Assembly (NCBI GenBank): GCA_963700985.1 | Contig: OY969554.1 | Coordinates: forward strand, 160,001 to 224,000 | From: an uncultured Chlamydiales bacterium | GTDB lineage: Bacteria; Chlamydiota; Chlamydiia; Chlamydiales; Rhabdochlamydiaceae | Direction: 5' to 3' | Length of the DNA: 64,000 nt | In this document: positions 57,577 through 64,000 of the stretch, in pieces | Position numbering within the stretch: position 1 is the first letter of the stretch | Layout of the letters: every line of letters begins with the position of its first letter | Notes under the pieces: model-generated | Seen by the model: only the letters and a program-made list of their open reading frames with translations | Told to the model about the DNA's origin: nothing | Databases searched by the model: none | Position numbers and translations under genes: made by a program

Positions 57577-59106
57577 CTAGGGGTAATGCCAGAAGCCTTT
57601 TGTGAAAATGTTGCGAAACTGCTCGGAGAAGGATGTGTAACCAAAGAAGTCCATTACTGTGGTCATGCCGGAATGCCCTACGACAACCTGATCGGCATCC
57701 ATTTCAAAGCCTGCAGCCGGAGAATCATCCTCAGGAACTTTGGACATTTTAACATAAAAGATCTGAAAGAGCATGCCAGGCATTTTTACCAGATCCCAAA
57801 TTTTTACTTCTCCAGCTTGTGTCGCTGCACCAATTTGTCCGTTGACTAATTTTAACCCTATTATTGCTCCTGGTTCAGAAAAACGGAAAGGTTCCAGCAG
57901 GTGCATCCAACCGCCATGCGATGCCTCAAATTGTGTGGTGACATATTTTTTATTGTAGATTCCAACTAATCCATTTGTATTTCCACTGATGAGAGTTTCG
58001 CCATCCATCGCAAGATGAGTTATCTGCTCATCATCTTGCCTGACACGGAAGAGGAGCTTCTTTTTATTCATTTCAAATAAATAGACAGATCCATCCTCTC
58101 CACCTAAAGCTAGATCATCATTGTGTATGGCCAAAGCATGTACGGAACACTCCGGGATCTCAAACGACACTCGATAAGTTTTTTTTTGTGTAGTAGAACA
58201 ATCATAAATCGAAAAGCGCGCATTTTCAGATCCAGTGATGATTTTGCCATTTTTTAACAGAGCGCAAAAAATACGTGTACGATGCATTTGTATTGTTTCA
58301 ATGAGTGCACAGGTATCTCTGTTCCAACGTTTAACTACACCGCCCATATCAGTTGTTGCGATCTGATTTGCATCCATTTCTATGCAAGTAATGGAGCGTT
58401 CATGTCCAAGTAAACGACCACGGTTTTCTCCTGTTCGAAGATTCCATACGTGAGCTGCTCTATCTGAAAATCCAGCGGCCACGACTAGATCGTTATCCAG
58501 CCCAAGCGCAGAGACATCAGATTCACATCCAGTGAGTTTATGAGGATTAGTTAAATATGCATTTCTTTTCCAAACATTCACAACACGTTCAGAGGTTGTT
58601 ACTAAGTATGTGTTATTCATCTTTGCGAACGCCATTTTGTGCGATCTCCAGCCATCTCGTACATTAATGCTTTCGCAATTGGTGGTATTTTTATTTTTTT
58701 CTATTAAAAAGCGCTGCTTAAATAGCTCTTTCCATGCGCATTCGGAATTTTGAGTGATAATCTTCGTATAAGATAAAAAAGATGTCCGCTCAAGATTCGC
58801 AGACCACTTTGCGCCCGTTTCGGGAAAAGGACGCGAGGATAAAAGCCAAGAATAATGAAATACTTTTTCCGCTAACGGTTTCCATAGAAAATTGCGGCAT
58901 GCAACTTCTCGAAATTGCATACTTACTTTATGACATGTGATTAGGCTGGCAGCATCCAAATTTAAGAAAATATGACCCCAAATCTGCGAAGGACATCTTG
59001 GAAATGGCGATGATTTTTGTGCGAGATCTTCGTTTACAAGGGGTCGGAGGGCCTGTGATGCAAGAGAAGGGCTCAAACTATTCGTTTTGAATTCTAAAGA
59101 TGACAT
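57577..59106 (-). CDS. F-box/WD40-repeat protein, eukaryote-like effector
   Basis: F-box (CPSQIWGHIFLNLDAASLITCHKVSMQFREVA..NFLWK) followed by WD40 repeats (GHERSITC, VWN, KIWD). Confidence 0.85.
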   Translation of the reverse strand: MSSLEFKTNSLSPSLASQALRPLVNEDLAQKSSPFPRCPSQIWGHIFLNLDAASLITCHKVSMQFREVACRNFLWKPLAEKVFHYSWLLSSRPFPETGAKWSANLERTSFLSYTKIITQNSECAWKELFKQRFLIEKNKNTTNCESINVRDGWRSHKMAFAKMNNTYLVTTSERVVNVWKRNAYLTNPHKLTGCESDVSALGLDNDLVVAAGFSDRAAHVWNLRTGENRGRLLGHERSITCIEMDANQIATTDMGGVVKRWNRDTCALIETIQMHRTRIFCALLKNGKIITGSENARFSIYDCSTTQKKTYRVSFEIPECSVHALAIHNDDLALGGEDGSVYLFEMNKKKLLFRVRQDDEQITHLAMDGETLISGNTNGLVGIYNKKYVTTQFEASHGGWMHLLEPFRFSEPGAIIGLKLVNGQIGAATQAGEVKIWDLVKMPGMLFQIFYVKMSKVPEDDSPAAGFEMDADQVVVGHSGMTTVMDFFGYTSFSEQFRNIFTKGFWHYP

Positions 59107-59215
59107 TTTAATCTCATAACTTATTTTATTCAGGAAATTATATTATATTATTACAAATAATACAAGTATCTCAACAAAGTGTGTCTAAAAGCAAAACGCT
59201 TTTCTCTTTTCTTAA

Positions 59216-59246
59216 TTGACAAGCATATAAAAATAACTTTATATGC
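59216..59246 (+). promoter_or_regulatory. -35 box followed by a palindromic operator
   Basis: TTGACA at 59216, then GCATATAAA-N6-TTTATATGC at 59223-59246. Confidence 0.6.
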
Positions 59247-59279
59247 GCTGATAAGATGTTTAACAAATAGGAGGGAAGT

Positions 59280-60191
59280 ATGGCGAAGTTTGTGATTGGG
59301 GTGATGGGTGCTACGGGTCATGTTGGGCGGGTTATCGTAGAAGAATTGTTAAAGAAAGGGCACAAGGTGCGTGCGTTTGGACGTGATGCAAGCAAGCTTA
59401 AAGAGCTTAAAGCCAAAGGAGCAGAGGTTCTTTCAGGCGACTTCACAGATAGCACAACTCTCACTAAAGCGTTTCAAGGTTGCAACGCCATTTTCAGTTT
59501 TATTCCACCAGCTCACCATGTAGATGATTTTGATGTTTATAGAGATCATACGAGTGAAGCGATTGCAAACGCTATTGTAAAAGCTAAGGTGTCAAATGTG
59601 TTAAACTTGAGCTCCATGGCAGCTCAGCATCGAACGGGCACAGGCGTAGTTAAGGAATTACATCTCCACGAAGAAAGGCTAAATTCACTACCTGATTTAA
59701 ATGTTCTGCATCTTCGGCCAACCTACTTCATGGAAAATTTTCTTGGGTTTGTTCCAGGCATTAAAAGCTCAGGAACAATCTCTTCTTCTCTTAAAGCGGA
59801 ACATCCCATTGCTGTGATAGCGACGCGCGACATTGGGGTTAAGGCTGCTGAATTCCTGAATGCGTTAAAATTCAAAGGATCGAGCGTTTTTGAACTCGTA
59901 GGGCCTAAGGCTATCACGATGACGCAGGCAACGAGAATTATTGGAAAAGCGATTGGCAAGCCAGATTTAAAGTATGTGCAACTTTCAGATCAGAAAGCTG
60001 AAGAAGCGCTTTTGGCGGCTGGAATGACACATCAAGTAATTAAGCTGTATCTTGAAATGAACAGAGGTTTCAATGAGGGGAAGTTTGCGCCGACGCAAAA
60101 AATGACTCCTGATCACACTGGAACGACGACTTTCGAAGAGTTTGCACAAGTCTTTTCACAGATCTACCGCTCTGCAAAAAAAGCTGCTTAG
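59280..60191 (+). CDS. NmrA-like NAD(P)H-binding protein (atypical SDR)
   Basis: GATGHVG Rossmann motif, LRPTYFMEN and IATRDIG motifs. Confidence 0.9.
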   Translation: MAKFVIGVMGATGHVGRVIVEELLKKGHKVRAFGRDASKLKELKAKGAEVLSGDFTDSTTLTKAFQGCNAIFSFIPPAHHVDDFDVYRDHTSEAIANAIVKAKVSNVLNLSSMAAQHRTGTGVVKELHLHEERLNSLPDLNVLHLRPTYFMENFLGFVPGIKSSGTISSSLKAEHPIAVIATRDIGVKAAEFLNALKFKGSSVFELVGPKAITMTQATRIIGKAIGKPDLKYVQLSDQKAEEALLAAGMTHQVIKLYLEMNRGFNEGKFAPTQKMTPDHTGTTTFEEFAQVFSQIYRSAKKAA

Positions 60192-60202
60192 GCAGCTTTT
60201 TT
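60177..60202. terminator. terminator overlapping the stop codon, possibly bidirectional
   Basis: AAAAAAGCTGC-TTAG-GCAGCTTTTTT. Confidence 0.7.
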
Positions 60203-60243
60203 ACTAGGTTACAGGTGCTTCGTAACGCAAGTCATTCACAATC

Positions 60244-60272
60244 TTGACAATATGCAGATATTTGCATATATT
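60244..60272 (+). promoter_or_regulatory. promoter with palindromic operator in the spacer
   Basis: TTGACA-17 bp-TATATT; ATATGCAGAT/ATTTGCATAT palindrome at 60250-60269. Confidence 0.65.
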
Positions 60273-60332
60273 TTATTTGTGATCGATTCTTGTTTCAGTC
60301 GGCCCATTTGGTAAATTTAAGCCTTAAAAAAT

Positions 60333-61286
60333 ATGTCTGCCTCACCAATCTTGTCCGTCAGAAAGCTTTCGAAGGTCTACCCTGGCAAGAAAAAATTTGT
60401 TGCGGTAGACAACATCTCCTTTGATTTAGAACAAGGGGAGATATTAGGTCTGCTGGGTCCGAATGGTGCGGGCAAGACGACGACGATTCAGATGCTGCTC
60501 AGCACATTGAAACCTTCAAGCGGCTCGATTCTCTATTTTGGCAAAGATTTTTTCGTGCACCGAACAGAGATCCTGAAACAGGTGGTTTTTGCGAGTACTT
60601 ATGTGAGTTTGCCTTGGATGCTCACGATTGAGCAGAATTTAAAAGTTTTTGGCATGCTCTATGGCATTCCAGTAAGTGAGATTGATCGTAGAGTTGATCC
60701 GCTTTTAGAGATTTTTGGAATCAAAGACAAACGCAAGACGACAGTCTCTAAACTTTCTGCAGGGCAGATCACGCGCCTGATGATGGTTAAAGCCTTTATG
60801 GTTCGGCCTAAAATCGTTCTGCTAGATGAGCCTACTGCTTCTTTGGATCCTGACATTGCGCATGATGTGTGTCAATTTGTGCTAGATCAGCGAGATAAAT
60901 ATGGCACCTCAATTCTGTATACCTCACATAACATGGTCGAAGTAGCTGAAGTATGCGATCGTGTGCTCTTCTTGCAAAATGGACGCATCATCGCCAATGA
61001 TATCCCAGATAATCTTGCGCGTAGTGTTTCAACGTCGCGTATTCAATTGTTAGTGGGCGATGGCTTAAAGCGTACGATCAGTATCGCTGAGAGCTTGAGC
61101 TTGCCTTACACTGTTGAGCATCGAAGCATAGAGATGGAGCTGGATGAAGCGCAAATCGCCAAGCTCTTGACGGCTCTTGCAGAGGCGAAGGTCTCTTATA
61201 CAAACATCAATATTTCCCAGCCTACTTTAGAAGACTACTTTTTACAGGTAGTTGAAAATTCGCGTAAAGAGAGAGAGGGAGATTAA
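60333..61286 (+). CDS. ABC transporter ATP-binding protein (ABC-2/DrrA type)
   Basis: GPNGAGKTT, LSAGQ, LLDEPT and TSH motifs. Confidence 0.95.
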   Translation: MSASPILSVRKLSKVYPGKKKFVAVDNISFDLEQGEILGLLGPNGAGKTTTIQMLLSTLKPSSGSILYFGKDFFVHRTEILKQVVFASTYVSLPWMLTIEQNLKVFGMLYGIPVSEIDRRVDPLLEIFGIKDKRKTTVSKLSAGQITRLMMVKAFMVRPKIVLLDEPTASLDPDIAHDVCQFVLDQRDKYGTSILYTSHNMVEVAEVCDRVLFLQNGRIIANDIPDNLARSVSTSRIQLLVGDGLKRTISIAESLSLPYTVEHRSIEMELDEAQIAKLLTALAEAKVSYTNINISQPTLEDYFLQVVENSRKEREGD

Positions 61287-61290
61287 TCTA

Positions 61291-62073
61291 ATGAGCTTTG
61301 GTCGTATCTGGGCCGTTTTCTTACGTTATTTTTACCTTTCAGCTAAGCTAGATCAGCTGGCAGATCTTTTCTACTGGCCTGCTTTGGATATCCTTCTTTG
61401 GGGAATCACGAGCACCTGGATTCAGTCGGAGCAGACCTCTATTCCTCACATCGCCATTGCTGTTATGACCGGGATTGTCTTTTGGCAGATTCTCTGGCGC
61501 GGTAATTATGAAGTCACGGTTAATCTTTTAGAAGAGTTTTGGAGCCGAAATCTGGTCAATCTCTTCTCCACACCTCTCAAAATTAGCGAGTGGATCGCTT
61601 CAATCATGTTAGTTGGATTGATTAAGATCTGTGTGAGCATGTTTTTTGGCGCGCTACTCGTCTGGCTTTTATATACGTTAAATGTATTTTCAATCGGTTG
61701 GGCTTTTTTACCCTTTCTTTTTTCACTCACTCTCTCTGGGTGGTTTATGGGCTTTTTAAGCGCAGCCATAATTGTTTACTATGGTAAACGCGTGCAGATG
61801 CTCGCTTGGATGATGGCCTACATTTTTGCGCCATTTAGCGCGATTTATTACCCGGTTAGTGCTTTGCCAGATTGGGCTCAATACATCGCTAAAGTTCTGC
61901 CTACGTCATATATTTTCGAGGGAATGCGTCAAGTGCTCAATGAGCATGTCTTCTCGCTAAGTACGTTTATGATTAGCCTAGGGCTAAACGTTGTCTATCT
62001 CTCATTTTCCATGCTGCTTTTCAAGCTGCTGTTTGAAAAGAGTCGCGAAAAAGGGCTCGCTCGTCTCGAATAG
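61291..62073 (+). CDS. ABC-2 type transporter permease
   Basis: Six hydrophobic segments; YYPVSALPDW...LPTSY..EGMR motif. Confidence 0.92.
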   Translation: MSFGRIWAVFLRYFYLSAKLDQLADLFYWPALDILLWGITSTWIQSEQTSIPHIAIAVMTGIVFWQILWRGNYEVTVNLLEEFWSRNLVNLFSTPLKISEWIASIMLVGLIKICVSMFFGALLVWLLYTLNVFSIGWAFLPFLFSLTLSGWFMGFLSAAIIVYYGKRVQMLAWMMAYIFAPFSAIYYPVSALPDWAQYIAKVLPTSYIFEGMRQVLNEHVFSLSTFMISLGLNVVYLSFSMLLFKLLFEKSREKGLARLE

Positions 62074-62095
62074 CAAAAAGTATCTCAGAAATTTT

Positions 62096-62485
62096 TCAGA
62101 GCTGAATGTAGCCGAAGCTGTTTGCAAGCAGCACGAGAACCAAGCCTAGAATCCAGGTTGCTAAGGTGAGAAGAGCGCTTTCTGCAAGCGTAATGCTAAA
62201 GCCGAACGAGGATGTTATAAACATACCCACAGCTATGCTTGAAAAGTAAGAAAGCACAGCTCTGGTGATCTTGGCGGTGGGTGCATCGCCTAAAAATCCG
62301 AATAAATAATACGTAAAGCGCTGGATGGAAATAAACGGCGCACCAAATAGCATTCCTGCATTTGGTTCAATCACATGCGTTACTAGCGTCGCGAGACCGA
62401 AGCCTGCGGCACCAGCTAGGTAGGCCACAGGATTTGTGAAGTTTTCTCGAGCAGCCTGTCTGAGAGCATACGCCATGACAACCAA
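62096..62485 (-). CDS. small multi-TM protein, tandem paralogue
   Basis: Shares P.AG.LFG.P, LGD...KI.R and FGF.ITL motifs with its neighbours. Confidence 0.75.
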   Translation of the reverse strand: MVVMAYALRQAARENFTNPVAYLAGAAGFGLATLVTHVIEPNAGMLFGAPFISIQRFTYYLFGFLGDAPTAKITRAVLSYFSSIAVGMFITSSFGFSITLAESALLTLATWILGLVLVLLANSFGYIQL

Positions 62486-62533
62486 ATTTTCATTTCAAAA
62501 TACCTGGAAGACCAAGAAATTTCGAGGAAAAAT

Positions 62534-62917
62534 TTAAGATTGCTGGAAGGAAGCCCAAAGACAGTTAATGGTGACACCAACTGCAGCAGCAGCAAGAGAG
62601 AGGAGAGCGCCTTGAGCTAAGGTGATCGTGAAACCAAAATAGCTAGTGATGAGTAGGCTCACGGCAATCGAGGCAAAACTGGCGAGAATCATTCTGGCGA
62701 TTTTAGCTACGGTCGATTCACCTAAACAAGAGAGTGTGTTGTAAACAAAAACACCCATAGCGAGGAGGGGTGTGCCAAAAAGTACGCCAGCGAATGGCTC
62801 CACAAGCTCAGTGAGCACGGCAGCTACACCAAAGGTTGTAGCGCCAGAGATGTAGTAGCTAGGAATGCAAAAGGCTTGCGCATTTTCTTGCGCAGCATGT
62901 CTTAAGGCATTTGCCAT
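62534..62917 (-). CDS. small multi-TM protein, tandem paralogue
   Basis: EPFAGVLFGTP, LGESTVAKIAR and FGFTITLAQGALL. Confidence 0.75.
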   Translation of the reverse strand: MANALRHAAQENAQAFCIPSYYISGATTFGVAAVLTELVEPFAGVLFGTPLLAMGVFVYNTLSCLGESTVAKIARMILASFASIAVSLLITSYFGFTITLAQGALLSLAAAAVGVTINCLWASFQQS

Positions 62918-62927
62918 TTTTGCAACC

Positions 62928-63338
62928 TTATTGGGTTAAAAAAACGTCTGGTGCAAATTCTTCTTCGAGAATTCTGATGAGGAATTTTAAAGCATAGGTT
63001 GCAACCAAGCCAGTTATAATAAAGAGAGCGCCTTGAGTTAGGGTAAGCGTGAGCTTGAATCCGAGGCCAGCGGTTAATAAAAAGCCAGAGCCGATAGCGG
63101 CCAGCAGTGCAATGGCAAGCTTTGCGATTTTGGCAAAAAATGCGTCATCTTTCCAACAGTCATTAAGGACTTGATAAACCACGCCACCTATGGGGAAAAA
63201 TAGGGTGCCGAATAAAGCGCCTACGGTAGGTTGAACCACGTGAGTCACAACAGCCGCTGCGGTAAAGCCGCAAGCTCCCATAAGGTAACGTTCAGGCTGG
63301 AGCAGAATGTGGTCTCGACTACATGCATTTGCTGACAT
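62928..63338 (-). CDS. small multi-TM protein, tandem paralogue
   Basis: QPTVGALFGT, FAKIAK and LGFKLTLTLTQGALF. Confidence 0.75.
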   Translation of the reverse strand: MSANACSRDHILLQPERYLMGACGFTAAAVVTHVVQPTVGALFGTLFFPIGGVVYQVLNDCWKDDAFFAKIAKLAIALLAAIGSGFLLTAGLGFKLTLTLTQGALFIITGLVATYALKFLIRILEEEFAPDVFLTQ

Positions 63339-63357
63339 AAGCTCTCCTAATTATTTG

Positions 63358-63747
63358 TTAAGTTTTAATCCAGCCTTCATTGAAAGCTAAAACACACGTT
63401 GTAACTGCTGCAGTTAATCCAGACAGCATGAGCAGCGAACTGTGAGTAAAAGTAATGGTATAACCAAACATAGTAAGCAGCATGGTGTCAAGTGCAAGCG
63501 CTGTAAAAAAAGCGATGGCGATACGCGCGGCGTAGGCCATTGTGCTGTCACCCATGCAAGATAAACTATGGTATACAAAGAGAGCGACTGGACCTAAAGG
63601 AGCGCCGAAAAGTGCGCCTGTGAAGGTATCTGATACTTGTGTTATTCCAGAGATAACCGCGCCGGCACCAACGCCGATTAAATAAGGGTAGGGGCTGCAA
63701 AAAAGCTGCTTGTTGTTATCAAGAATGCGTCCACAATCCATTCCCAT
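63358..63747 (-). CDS. small multi-TM protein, tandem paralogue
   Basis: TFTGALFGAP, MGDSTMAYAAR and FGYTITF. Confidence 0.75.
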   Translation of the reverse strand: MGMDCGRILDNNKQLFCSPYPYLIGVGAGAVISGITQVSDTFTGALFGAPLGPVALFVYHSLSCMGDSTMAYAARIAIAFFTALALDTMLLTMFGYTITFTHSSLLMLSGLTAAVTTCVLAFNEGWIKT

Positions 63748-63808
63748 GAGCCTATCCTCCGATTACTAGTAATTCGTTTTGGTTGATTTCAGTTTTCAAA
63801 TTTTAAGC

Positions 63809-64000
63809 TTATCCTCGCTGTGATGTCGCAATAAAGCCACAAGAGACGAGAGATCCACAGCAAATCGCAGTAGTCACACAACTTGTAATAATCATCGCAA
63901 TAGCTAGCACCACTCCCGTTTGGAAGGTGACCTCAAAGCCAATAAAGCTTGTTAATGCTGCCGATATCACGATTGAAGCGAGGATACAGGCAACTAGACG
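63809..64000 (-). CDS. 3' part of a fifth small multi-TM paralogue (starts beyond the window)
   Basis: Open frame RLVACILASIVISAALTSFIGFEVTFQTGVVLAIAM...QRG*; not in the supplied ORF track. Confidence 0.7.
   Translation of the reverse strand, partial: RLVACILASIVISAALTSFIGFEVTFQTGVVLAIAMIITSCVTTAICCGSLVSCGFIATSQRG

Overview
The window comes from an environmental Chlamydiae-like intracellular bacterium. The assignment rests on a chlamydial-type infA-tRNA-Thr-tuf-tRNA-Trp-secE-nusG-rplKAJL-rpoBC cluster, DUF1207/LOG/MYG1/HIT/HEAT core genes and eukaryote-like F-box proteins. (1) 1-8.3 kb is an accessory region: F-box protein, HAD pseudogene, DHFR-like reductase, photolyase, glycan-modifying genes and OsmC. 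(2) 8381-26712 is an ~18.3 kb integrative element at the 3' end of a tRNA(CAT), with a 55-bp att repeat and matching arm-type sites. It carries two paralogous tyrosine integrases and an Xis-like/Rep module with an intragenic iteron array. Its defence cargo comprises an AbiE-type TA pair, a HEPN protein, an XRE-HTH-nuclease-STAND ATPase and a PD-(D/E)XK nuclease coupled to a type I R-M operon. (3) 30.3-37.3 kb holds three tandem paralogous ~750-800 aa proteins. Each has an effector-like N-terminus, a shared unknown core, a Pro-rich linker and a C-terminal HicA-type RNase domain, and no HicB antitoxin is visible in the window. This is the most novel-looking system here. (4) 37.5-56.3 kb is housekeeping genes. 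(5) 56.4-64 kb has a hydrolase, an F-box/WD40 protein, an NmrA-like protein, an ABC transporter and a tandem array of at least five small multi-TM paralogues. Many frameshifts, including in rpoB and rpoC, indicate indel errors in the sequence, so split genes should not be assumed to be pseudogenes.
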